This document shows positions 1 through 10,670 of a DNA stretch of 54,299 nt, in pieces. The notes beneath the pieces are model-generated. The model saw only the letters and a program-made list of their open reading frames with translations, searched no databases and was not told the origin of the DNA. Numbering within the stretch: the stretch's first letter is position 1; every line of letters starts with the position of its first letter. Location: the NCBI GenBank assembly GCA_013416795.1, contig RQSC01000014.1:431400-485698 (forward strand), read 5' to 3'. The DNA comes from Prasinococcaceae sp. CCMP 1430. Lineage: Eukaryota > Plantae > Prasinodermophyta. Both the position numbers and the translations under genes were made by a program.

Positions 1-1
1 C

Positions 2-193
2 GCGGGCGCGCCCGACGCGCACCGCTGCGCCGCGGCCGTGCGCGCGCTGGCGAAGCTCGAGCTGCCCATCGGCGTGGACGCCATCGACGCGGCGTTGCGC
101 GTGGCCGCCAGCGCGGGCGTCGCGACCGCTGAGATGGGCAGCGAGGGCTACCTCGACGCGCTGCTCGAGGCGCACGAGGTGCCGGGCACGTAG
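2..193 (+). CDS. 3' end of an unknown protein (5'-truncated by window edge)
   Basis: Open frame from 2 with GC3-rich codons (AGAPDAHRCAAAVRALAKLELPIGVD...HEVPGT), TAG at 191-193, TGTAA at 259-263. Confidence 0.55.
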   Translation, partial: AGAPDAHRCAAAVRALAKLELPIGVDAIDAALRVAASAGVATAEMGSEGYLDALLEAHEVPGT

Positions 194-290
194 GGGTTCG
201 CCCAGGGCCTCGCAGGGCTGCACGTGGCGATGCCTTGCGCGAGCGTGGCGCAGTGCGCTGTAATGTACTTGTTTGTAGCGTTTACGGGCC

Positions 291-2616
291 TCAGGCGTCC
301 ATCTCCCCCAGCGCCACCAGCAGATCGACCATGTCAGTTTCCTGCACGCGGCCACCTCCGCCGGCGTCGACCTCTGCTGGCGCTGGCGCCGGCACCCGCG
401 CATCCGGCACGCCGCTGAAGCGCACCATCGGGGTCGGCCGTGGCAGCTCCAGGTCGTCGGGCGACAGGACCAGCATCTCGAGCTCGGACTCCGCCAAGGC
501 CGCTGGGTCGCCTCCGGGTGATGCGGGCGAGCCTGCGGATTCCTCTTCCGTTGGCTCGCAGGAGGGCGCAACCCCGGCGGCCTTCCCCTCGTGGTCGGAG
601 TCGTCATCGCCGACGCTGTCCCGGAGACGTTCAGAGGCGACGCCCGCTGCCTCCTCCTTGAAGGCCCGTCGCGCGTCCTCGACCTCCATGTTCGAGCCCG
701 CCGCAGTCCCTGCGCCATGCGCGGCCGCGCGCGCGAGCGCGCAGTCGCCCTCGGCGACGCGCGCCGCAGCGACTGCCTCGCGCGCGGCTGCGGCAGCGTA
801 CTCCTCTGCTGCGCGGTGCGCGAGATCGAGCTCGCCTGGCTCGCGCGGATTGGTGCAGCTCACCATTGCCGCGCGAACGCGCCCGCTCCGCGCACTCGTC
901 TTCTCGCTGCCGTTCGAGGTGGCGCCGCCAAAGTCTGCCGACTGGACGGCCGCCGGAATCGCCGTAGGCTCGGGTTCGTCCACGATCGTGCCCGCGGCTC
1001 CGCTGCGCGGATCGAAGCGCGCCATCGACTGCGGCGCCCTTTGCGGCCGCGGCGCGGCCGTCGCGTTCTCGAGCGGCGCGCCTCGGCCCGCTGCAGGCCT
1101 CGAGCCTTCGCTGGCGCTGGGGTCCAGCGCGCCCGCGCCCTCCGCCGCGCCCGCGCCCTCGTCGGTGGGGCCATCGCCGAGGACACGCTGGTCGTACACC
1201 GGCGCTGGCTCGTATGCCTCGAGCCGCAGCGGCTGCTCAAAGCGCGCTGCAATCTCTGCCAAGGTCGGGTCCGACGCCGTGAGCAGCGGTGCGGATGTCG
1301 CGCGCGCGCAGGGTTTTGCGCCAGCCTTCGACGCCGCGCGCGCGTCCGCCGCAGCGTCACAGCCGCGCGCTTCAACCTCCACCTCGGCCCGGGGCCTCTC
1401 GTGGCGCTCTCCGCACTCGCTGTCGCGGCGGTCGCCGCCCTCCGGCGTTGCCATGCGCGAGCCTGCCTCGGCGAGCGCAGCTGCCTCGCCCACGAGCGCC
1501 TCGCCGTCCGAGCCCTCGCCCTCGCGGACGATTCGCTCGGTGACGATCGGGGCCCTCTCGCGCGCCACGCGCGCTCCGCCCGCGGGCATGGCCGAGCGCG
1601 CGACGACCCCCGAGCCGGCACCAGCGGAGGCCAAGTCAGCCTCGCGGTCGGCGACGTCGGCGCATGCGCCAGCAACGAGGCCAGTGTCTCCCACATTGAG
1701 CGCGTCCGCGTCGGCGATCTCAGCGCGCGCGCGAGCCAGCGCGGCTCGCTCGGCGGCCGCGGCGTGCGCCGCGCTCTCGGTGTGAGCGCCACGCGCGTGC
1801 GCGCGCTCCGACTCGGAAGGAGGTAGCGCGACCGGCGGAATTGACGTCGCCGCCAGCAGCTCGCTCAGCGCGCCGGCGTCCCCCGCGCCCCTCGTGCTGC
1901 CTTCGGCACCCTCATCGCCAGCGCGGGCCGCGTCTGCATCGCCGGGCCCGGCTTCTGGATCGAGGTCGCTCGCGGACGCGCCTTGGCTGTCGCGGGGGGG
2001 CAAGGCGGCGCCGGCGTCCGCTTGCTGGCCTCCGGGGTGCTCCTCGCCCAGCTGTGCCTGCGCACTCGCCTCCTCGCCGGTGCCGGCGACTTCGTGCGCG
2101 CCGGCTTCACCCCCAGCGTGCGCTTCGCCGGCTGGGTCGGAGGGCGCGATCGCCCGCACGCCCTCCGCGAGGTGCTGCTTGAGCATGACCACCTGGTGCT
2201 GGTAGACGCGCGCGAGCGCATGCGTGTGCACGAGCTTCGCGCGCAGCCTCGCCGCCTCGGCGAGGGCATCGCGCTCGCGCGCGATGCCGACCGCACGCGT
2301 CTGCTCGGCGCGCAAGCGCTCGTGCGCGCGAGCGGCGCGCTCAGAGCGCAGCGCGGCCGCGGCAGCCTCGTTCTCCTTGCGCAGGCGGGCCACATCGTGG
2401 ACGAGCGAGGCAACCTTGCGCTTGTCTTGCGCGCACAGCTCCCCGAGGCGGGCGCCGCCGCCGCCGTCGCCACCGCCCTTGTCTCCCGCGCTCGCCGCGG
2501 AGCGAGCCGGCACCGCTCCCGACCCCGCGCTCTTGCTGTCGGCGTCGCCGCTTTTGCGGCCGACTCCGAGGGCCGCTGCCTGCCTCCCCGCCGCGGCCAC
2601 TCCCGCGGCCCGCCCG

Positions 2617-2657
<41 letters not shown>

Positions 2658-2807
2658 ATGGGGCGGGCGTCGCGGGCGGTCCTCCTCATGTTGGTCGCGG
2701 TGCTTCTGGTGGTGGCCTTGCCGCTTCTGGTGCGGCGCGGCAGGCGGCGGTTGGGCGCGCGCGCGCAGGCGCGCCTGCTGCGCGCGCGAACCCAACCCAA
2801 ACCACAA
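291..2807 (-). CDS. Coiled-coil protein with KIAA1328/hinderin-like domain and long acidic low-complexity tail; 5' end unresolved
   Basis: 838-codon frame. LGELCAQDKRKVASLVHDVARL...RERDAL...LARVYQHQV resembles the recalled hinderin motif [22 protein letters not shown]...EREALQ. No in-frame ATG near the start; an ATG at 2689 is in another frame. Confidence 0.6.
2617..2657 (-). repeat. (CAG)n trinucleotide tract
   Basis: About 13 consecutive GCT/CTG units on + (poly-Q or poly-S depending on frame). Confidence 0.9.
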
Positions 2808-3170
2808 ACAATTCCGAATCCCTCAACATGGAACCCTTCTTTTTATCACATCTCATTTAATTACGATCGCATCCTCATGGAACCCTTTTCCGTGAGGAAT
2901 CCACGGATGCGAAATCCTCCGAAGGCGCGCGTGGCGCCCGCTGCGGAGGCCATCGGAGCGCACCCCGTCAATGCGCGCGGATATTTCTGTCGCCGGGCGC
3001 GCGCGCGCCCGAAACCCCCTTCCGTCGAATCCCAACCCGGCGGCGTTTGAGGTTTTATGGAAGTTGTGAATGAAATAGGGTTCGCAAAGAAAGGCGCTCA
3101 GCGTCGCCTGCGTTTTCGCCTCCGCCGCGGCGGTTTGAAAAATACTCTCCCGTTTGTATATTTGACGTTA

Positions 3171-4043
3171 CTATGAATGTGTAAATGTGTTGCGGGTTGG
3201 AGGGGATGGAATTTTCCATTCATTTTGATAGTGATTTTGGGTCTTCGCCGCGCGTGTACAAAACGCGCCCGCGGCGCGCGGGCGCCGGGTGTGGGCCCGC
3301 AGCGGCAGAGCGCGCGCCTGCGGCGTGGCGGCGGCGGCGGCGGCGTCGACGACGCGGCCGTCCCGGTGGGCGGACCAACGGCCGCGCGCGGTCGGGTGCG
3401 CGTAGCGCGCGCCGCACCGATTCCAGAGGAGGTCGAAGTCCTCGTCGAGCACGAAGCCATTCTTGTGCCCGTACCACAGCATGTCCATCGAGTCGGCCTG
3501 TGCGTCGTTGTCGGTGCATGGGTCGCCCACGGCCATGCCGGTGAGGTTGATGCGCGTCTCGCCGCGGTCGTTGGCGTCGAGGATGGCCTTCGCGAGCGTG
3601 GGGCAGTACACGCCCGCGTAGCTCTCGCCCGAGATGAAGAAAGGCGCTGCCTGCAGCTCGGGGAACTTGTCGCGCACGAGCGTCTGGAGCGCGGCGAGCA
3701 GCGTGTCGGCCGTGCGCACGTCGTCGTTGTCGCAGGCGCCGCCGCTGAGCATCTCCTCGCAATACGAGTAGCCCACACCAACCGGCGACTCGATGGCCAC
3801 GAGGTTCGCGAGTTTGGTCCACGCGTACGGGTTTCGCACGAGCGCCTTGCCCCCAGCGGCGGCCTCCGCGCTGCCGAAGAGCAGCGGGCCCTGCTCCTGC
3901 AGGAACCCGATGAGCGAGGACGAGCCTGGCCCGCCGTTGAGCCACAGGACGAGCGGCTTTTTCGTCCAGTCGCCCTCGCCCTCGTACTGCGCGAACCAGT
4001 AGTGGAGCCGCGCGCCCGGGCGCGCCCGCGACGCGTCGAGTCC
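3171..4043 (-). pseudogene. Serine carboxypeptidase (S10) fragment, truncated at both ends
   Basis: Frame open 4043-3171: HYWF, PLVLWLNGGPGSSS, RNPYAW, ESPVGVGYSY, FFISGESYAG (nucleophile), GMAVGDP. No signal peptide (in-frame TGA at 4044-4046). The frame runs into AT-richer DNA before the catalytic Asp/His region. Confidence 0.8.
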
Positions 4044-4247
4044 TCACCACCTCCCTCCCTCCCTCTTCCCTCCGGAGGCACCTGTGCGCACGAAGAGAGG
4101 GAGAGGGAGAGAGGGAGGGATTGGCGCGGGCAGAGAGGCAGGCGGGCGGCGCGGCGCGGCGCGGCGCGTAGCGGCCTGCGGATTGTCGCTGCTCGAGGCG
4201 GTGCGTCTGTCTGGCTGCCCTGCCTGCCTGCCCGTCTGTCTGCTGCG

Positions 4248-6593
4248 ATGGCGAGCGTGCGCGCGGCTGCCTGCACCAATGCGGCGGGTGGCGCCGCGGA
4301 CAAGGAGAACCCCGGCGAGGCGGGCAGGTTGATAGAAGCGCTCGCGTGTCAGGCGACGCTCCTGCTGGACGGCGGCCGCCGGCGCGTCGTGCTGCGCGGC
4401 GCCAGTGTGCGCGTCGCGCACGACGAGGAGCGCGGGCCGGCGCTCGAGGTGTCCAGCCGCACGCCCAAGCCGCGCCGCGAGCTCGTGACGCTGCGCGGCG
4501 TGCCCGTCGCTGTGATCAAGAACTTTGTGCGTGCGGGCAAGGCGACCGTCACCGCGGGACCCATCTCGGTCATGCTCGCCCAGGCGGATCCGCTCGACCT
4601 GCGCGATTGGCTGGCGGCACTGCACCTCTTCCTCACGGGCAAGGTGTGCGACGCGTGCCCGCGCCCCATTCCGTGCGTGCGTGTGTGAACGCGCGCGCGT
4701 GCGCGCGCGCGCTTGACAAGGTGTGCGCCCGCCGTCCCACGCGTCGCGCGTGCACTCGTATGCCTTGATGCTAACCAGAGCCGCCGGCCACGTCGCGCTC
4801 CGCACAGCTGAAAATGGGCGCGAGGAAGTCTCCGACCATGCCGGGCTCGGGCGGCAAGGTCAAGCGGCGAAGGCCTTTCAGCCCGCTCGAGCGGCAGACG
4901 CGGCCAAGGACCGACGACGCCGGCGCCAACGACGCGAGCTTCGGCGGCTTCGGCGGCGCGTCGGACGTGCGCGACCCTGGCACGCACGGCGTCACGGGGG
5001 GCGCCGTGCGGCTCAACTTCGAGCAGGCCGAGGCGCTTCGCTACGTCCGCGGCGGGCGGTCCATCCTGCTCACGGGCTCGGCGGGCACGGGCAAGACGCG
5101 CACGCTCAACGAGATCATCAGGAGCCTGCCACGAGCGACGACCTTCGTGACGGCCACGACGGGCCTCGCCGCGAGCCACGTGGGCGGCATGACGGTGCAC
5201 GCATTCGCCGGCGTGGGTGTGTCCGACTCGACGAGCGTGGCTGGCTTCGTCGCGGCCGCCAGGCGCCCGGCGGCAGCCGCGCGCTGGCGGTCGTGCACGC
5301 ACCTCGTCGTGGACGAGATCTCCATGCTGAGCGCAGACCACTTCGACTGGCTCGAGGCGGCCGCGCGCGTGGCGCGCGGGAGCGACGCGCCGTTCGGGGG
5401 GATTCAGCTCGTGCTCAGTGGCGACTTCTATCAGCTGCCGCCAGTTGAGAAGTACGACAAGCACAGGAAGGTGCGTGCAATGCAATCCCTCGTCGCCGCG
5501 GCGACACGAGAGGCACCGCACACCTCTCGCGGCGTCTCGTGCCTCCGCGCGCTCGTGCCTCGGCCCGTGCTTCCCCCACGGCTGACGCGCGCCTGCCGCG
5601 CCGCTCGATGGCCGCGCGCGCGCATCCTCGCGCACGGGTCGCGCGCAGCCGCCGCCGCATTCGCGACGCTTCGCGTTCGAGGCGGAGAGGTGGGACGCGT
5701 GCCGCCTCGCCCCAATGGAGCTGCGCCAGGTCTTCCGCCAGGAGGACGTGGAATTCAGCGCCATGCTCGATCGCGTGCGCGAGGGGCGCGTCGGGAGCGA
5801 GCTGCTGCAGGAGCTGCGGGCAAAATCTGGAGCGGTGAGTGCGCACGCGAGTGCGCGCGCAGCGTCAAGCCCGCGCGCGCGCGCGCGCGCCGTCCGGGCT
5901 GGGCGCAATGCCGCGCGCGCACTTGCTCGAACGCGCGCGAGCTGACCGCCGTCGCACGCGCAGGACCTGGATGAGGACGACGGAATTCTTCCCACGTCGC
6001 TGTTCACCCATCGCGCGGATGTCGCTGCGATCAACGCGCGCCAGCTCGAGGAGCTGCGAAGCCAGGCGAACACGTACATCGCGCGCGACGTCGGGTCATT
6101 CAGCGGCTCGTCATGCCCAGCGCGCGACAAGCTGCAGCTCAAACTGGGGGCGCAGGTGATGCTCGTGCGGACCATCGACACCAGGCGAGGCCTGGTGAAC
6201 GGCGCGAGGGGCGTGGTCACCAAGCTCGGCGGCGCCACCGGCCTGCCGACGGTGCGCTTCGCGTGCGGCGTGGAGGAGGTCGTGCAGCGCGAGCGGTGGA
6301 CTGTGGTCTCGCAGGGGCGCACCATCGGCTCGAGGGAGCAACTCCCCCTGGAGCTCGCGTGGGCGCTCTCCGTGCACAAGTCGCAGGGGATGACGCTCGA
6401 CCGCGTCGAGGTGTCGCTGGCGAACTGCTTCGAGTGCGGTCAGGCGTACGTGGCGCTCTCCCGCGCGAGGTCACTCGCGGGCCTGCGGATCATCGGCGCG
6501 CTGCCGGCGTCGTCCGTGCGGACGCACCCCAAGGTCGCCGCCTTCTACCGCGACATGCGCGTGCAGATCGCTCAGGCCACCGCCAAGGCGTGA
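4248..6593 (+). CDS. PIF1: PIF1 5'-3' DNA helicase; exons 4248-4643, 4808-5470 (alt. acceptor 4781), 5649-5834, 5964-6593
   Basis: PIF1 N-terminal PH-like domain (KNFVRAGKATV...VMLAQADPLDLRDWL), GSAGTGKT, DEISM, GGIQLVLSGDFYQLPPV, VFRQ, HKSQGMTL, GQAYVALSR. Three GT-AG introns in phase; TGTAA 6624-6628. Confidence 0.93.
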
Positions 6594-6623
6594 CCGGGCC
6601 CGGTGTCGGCGTTTCTAATACAC

Positions 6624-6628
6624 TGTAA
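6624..6628 (+). terminator. TGTAA polyadenylation signal (representative; also 259, 10651 and, on minus, 13278, 42720)
   Basis: TGTAA downstream of predicted stops (31 nt for PIF1); UGUAA is the known near-upstream element in many chlorophytes. Confidence 0.6.
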
Positions 6629-6677
6629 TACGGGTGGTACATTCACATCCTAACGTCTCTCGCGGGCGCTGGCTGGC

Positions 6678-7557
6678 TCAGCGTCGGCGGCCGGCGGTGG
6701 CAGTTCGCCGCAGCCATTCCAACGTGATGTCGATGTTGGTCTGGTTCTTGCAGCTGATGCAGTAGCAGCACACCTCGCGATTCTTGAGCTCCTTGAGCTC
6801 CATGCGATCGATGAGCGCGTCCACCCCAAGCGCCTGCGGCAGGTCGTTCTTGTTGCCCAGCACGAGCAGCGGCACGCCCTGCAGCGTGGGCTTGCTGAGG
6901 AGATCGTGCAGCTCGCTCTTCGATATCTCAATGTTATCGTGGTCCGCCGCGTCCACCACGTACACGATCGCATTGACGCCGCGGCAGTACCGCTCCCACA
7001 TCGAGCGGAAGCGCGGCTGCCCACCGAGGTCCCACAGCTTGATCGTCACGTTGCCCTTGGTCACCTTGCGCATGTTGAAGCCCACGGTGGGGATCATGTC
7101 ATCGCTGAAGGTGCCCGTCTGCCGGGGCGCGGCGGAGCGCGCGGCGGACGGCGAGGCCGCGGGCAGGCGCGCGGTGCGTGGTGCGGGCGGGAGCGGACGC
7201 CGCAGGCGCACGAGTCGGGGTCAGCATCTGGGCGGGCGCGCTCGTCGGGGCGGGATTCGGCGCGCGCGCGGCCGTGGCCGCGGAAGAGTCTCTCGCGCTC
7301 TATCTCTCTCGCGCAGCGCCACGCACCGCAAGCACGTTGACGAGGCTGGTCTTGCCTGCGTTCTGCAGGCCGATGAGCGACAGCTCCATCTCCTGCTTGA
7401 AGAACAAGCTGGAGGGCCACCGCGTGCGTCGCGTCAGCGGCGGAGGCGGTGGAGGATGCGGAGGGGGCGGAGGAGGAGGACGAGTGAGCCTCGGAGGGGA
7501 GGGGACAGGGACGCGCGAGCCGGAGGGGTGGGGGGGGGGGGCAGCGATGAAACGAGT

Positions 7558-7610
<53 letters not shown>

Positions 7611-7740
7611 CGATGAAACGAGCGCAACGGCGCCCCTCGCTTCGCCGCGGCGCGCGGCGCGACGACGACTCCAGGACCCCCGCGCGCCGCGCGCGCCCTC
7701 ACCTGCGCAGCCAGTCGAGGAACCTGCTCCAGAGCCCCAT
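6678..7740 (-). CDS. ARL8: ARF-like small GTPase ARL8; exons 7740-7703, 7408-7327, 7118-6678
   Basis: Spliced product [34 protein letters not shown]...[41 protein letters not shown]...GNKND; canonical splice sites. Confidence 0.95.
7527..7622. repeat. G-run plus GCAGCGATGAAACGAG tandem duplication in ARL8 intron 1
   Basis: Two copies of (G)n-CAGCGATGAAACGAG separated by a long G run. Confidence 0.75.
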
Positions 7741-8105
7741 GGCGGCCGCGCCACGGCGCGCGGTCGCGCCCCCGCTGTGGCGTCCCGGGCGGGTTGAACG
7801 ACTGCGAGGCCCGCTCGGAGCTCGCTTCCGCCCGAACCCGGTTCGCGCGCGACGAACCAGGTTCGAAAAGTTGTGATGAGCTGGGTCTCTCGGGGCATAG
7901 ACACTGTCTGAACCCCCGCGGACCCGGGACCGACCAGCGCGAGCGGGGCAACGCGCAGCGCGACCGTTATTCGCAGGCGCAGCAGAATCGGGTGCGCCAC
8001 AGCAAACGCGCGGGGCGCGCGCTACGCACCGCTGCGTACGCGTGCGCGCTCAGGGTGCGGGCGTCAACACCAAGGGCAAGCGTGGAGCGAGCGGTCTGCT
8101 GGCGG

Positions 8106-10514
8106 ATGATGCTACCAAGAACAAGACACGGTGCGTCGCGTCCCCGCTGCGAGCGAGCGAAAGAGCGAGCGAGAGACTGGCCAGGCAGCGGGGCGTCAGA
8201 GGTGCCGGCGATCTGACCTGCGCTTCGCGTCCCCTCCCGCACTCGGTCCCTCCCCCACTTCCTCCCTTCCCGCGCGCCTCTTTCCGCAGTGAGCGCGTNC
8301 GTTGCTCGCCGCGCTTCTCGCCGCGCCCCCGCGGCCGTGCGGGGCGTCCAACGTCTTCGCGCCTCTGCGCCCCGGCGGCGACCGCGGCATCCACGGCGGC
8401 ACCGGCCCGCACGGTCGGCACGGGCACAGCGCGGTGACCACCGGTCGCCACGTGACGGTCTTCGGCGGGCGGTCCGAGTTTCGCAACGGCGACTTCCTGA
8501 ACGACCTCTGGGTGTACGACGTGGACACCGGCGACTGGACCGCGGGCTCGCCGAACGAGCTGGTGTGCGCCGTGTGCGAGGAGTGCCAGTCGCGGATAGG
8601 CAACCAGCAGGAGCGCATGCTGTGCTACGACTGGACGGGCCTGCGCCCGTACACCGAGCCGCAGCTCACCGTCGGCAACAACCGGCAGGATCGCGACGCG
8701 CCCAGCGGGCGCTACGCGCACCGCGCAGAGCTCGTGCTCAACCGCGCCAGCGGCCAGCGCGACCTGATGGTGATGTTCGGCGGCTACTCGGTGGACTGCA
8801 CGTCCTACTGCGACGACTACTGGCACTACTTTCCGCTGCAGCACGTGTGGACCCGCATGGAAAACGCGACGCGCGCCACGCCGCCGCGCCGCTGGCAGCA
8901 CGCGACCACCGCGTACCTCGACACGGTCTTCATGTTCGGCGGGCACGGCCCCACGGACGCCGAGGCCGAAAGCAATGCCAACCTGTACTACGGCGCCGGG
9001 CAGTACGTGCGCTCGGTGGAGTACTACTACACGCCGCTCTTCGATGACTTGTGGGCGTACAACGCCACCCTGCGCGAGTGGGAGAGGCTCTACCCCGAGT
9101 GCACCACGTGCAGCATCAACGACACGGACATCGACGGCACCGCCACGCGCGACGTCGCGGGCCCGCGCGCGCGCTACGGCGCCACGCTGGTCGAGTTCGA
9201 CAAAACGGTGTACCTCTTCGGAGGGTACGCGTACGGCGGTGGCACCCTCTTCCAGCGGCGCTACCCGACGGGCTTGCCCGAGGACTACCCGAGCATGACG
9301 AGCAAGTTCTACCGCAACGACCTGTGGGCGTTCTCCATCGAGAACAACACGTGGACGGAGATATTCCCCGACACGTCGACGGGGCGGTCGACGCTGCCGC
9401 CGCCGCGCTACGGCCACGCGGCCGCCATGAGCGGAAACATCATGATGGTGTTCGGCGGGCGCACGTGGGAGGACGAGGTCGGCGACATGTGGCAGTACAA
9501 CATCAGCGACAACACCTGGGTGAAGGTGCTCGGCGAGGGCGAGTTCCCCAGCCGGCGGCTGGGCGCGACCATGTCGTCGGTGGGCTCGTACCCCAGCCCC
9601 AATCCCGTCGGCTACGAGGAGCGCATGCTCATCTTCGGCGGCTACGGGTGCGAGAGAGGCGAGAACTACGTGGACGCGGCCGCCGAAAGCGGCAGGCGGC
9701 TGCGCGACTACAAGGCGCAGTCGGGCGGGCTCGGCGCGGACGAGGACGACGCCTTCGACATCGTCGCGAAGACGCAAGGCGCGTACGGCGAGAAGTACTG
9801 CTTGAAGAGCCTCAACGACATGTGGCTGTGGTACCCCAACAGCTGCCCGCGCGACTGCTCGCGCCACGGCGTGTGCCTGTACAACTTCTGCGTGTGCGAC
9901 GACGGCTTCACGGGCATCGACTGCTCGAACGTCACCTGCCCCAGCGGCCGCTGCGCGTACGACTACCAAGGCCACGTCCTCAACTGCGACCAGTGCGGCG
10001 CGCTCGACCAGGCCTACGTCGACTTCTTCGACGTGCCGCGCGGCGAGTGCGACGGGTACATCGGCCAGTGCAGGTGCAACTACCCGGCGTCCGGGGCCGA
10101 CTGCAAGCAGACCGAGTGCCGCAACGACTGCAACGGCGTCGGCGAGTGCGACAAGCAACTCACCAACCCCGACACGGGGTACGGCACGTGCTCGTGCATG
10201 CTCCGCGAGGGCACGGAGGAGCTGGCCTTCGGGGGCGACGACTGCGGCATCCCTCTGTGCATCAACGGCTGCAACTCGCAGGGCAACTGCGTGAACGGCA
10301 CCTGCGTGTGCTACCCCGGCTTTGGCTACCCGGCGGGCCTCGATCCGCTCGAGGACTGCAGCTACGTGATGTTCCAGTTCTCGCCCGCGGCGGCGCGCTC
10401 CGCGCCGGCCGCCGCGGCGAGAACTGGAACATCACGTAGCTGCAGTCCTCGAGCGGATCGAGGCCCGCCGGTGCGCTCGCGGCGCTCGCGGCGCTCGCGG
10501 CTGGCCTGGCGTAG
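8106..10514 (+). CDS. Secreted kelch-repeat + EGF-like repeat protein, probably GPI-anchored; C-terminus frameshifted by an inverted duplication
   Basis: Six kelch-type [VFYML]x[FM]GG blades, then Cys-rich EGF units (CPRDCSRHGVC...CDDGFTGIDC; CINGCNSQGNCVNGTCVCYPGF). Putative exon 1 at 8106-8130 (intron 8131-8289); N at 8299 inside a signal-peptide-like stretch. Restored stop 10512-10514; TGTAA 10651-10655. Confidence 0.85.
10330..10471. repeat. Perfect 56-bp inverted repeat (10330-10385 / 10416-10471) forming a ~142-nt hairpin
   Basis: Arms are exact reverse complements by direct comparison; the spacer adds a further 8-bp pairing (10387-10394 / 10408-10415). Confidence 0.95.
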
Positions 10515-10670
10515 GCGCGCGACTCGCGGCGCGCGACCCCTACCGCCTGCGGGCGTCGCGAAGGCGTCGTGCGCGCGCGGCGCTCTCCTTTGCCGCCCCG
10601 GCTGCCGGCTCGTCCGTCGCGGCGAGCGTGCGACACTCTTCCCTACTGTCTGTAATAATAACGCGAATAA

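Noticed and set aside
235-1785. Long antisense or alternate-frame ORFs (e.g. 235-1785 +, 8050-10158 -, 12721-14532 +, 23457-26192 +, 26440-28314 +, 33736-37080 +, 41043-42725 +)
   Set aside because: Shadows of real genes in high-GC DNA: Arg/Ala/Pro-rich, no motifs, and the opposite frame has the GC3 bias.
4248-6593. PIF1 as a Helitron or other mobile-element helicase
   Set aside because: Has the cellular PIF1 N-terminal domain and host-type introns; no Rep/HUH domain or element termini.
7873-7911. Box C/D snoRNA-like GTGATGA...CTGA with partial likeness to an 18S guide
   Set aside because: Only ~40 nt from C to D, no C'/D' boxes, and the guide match needs gaps.
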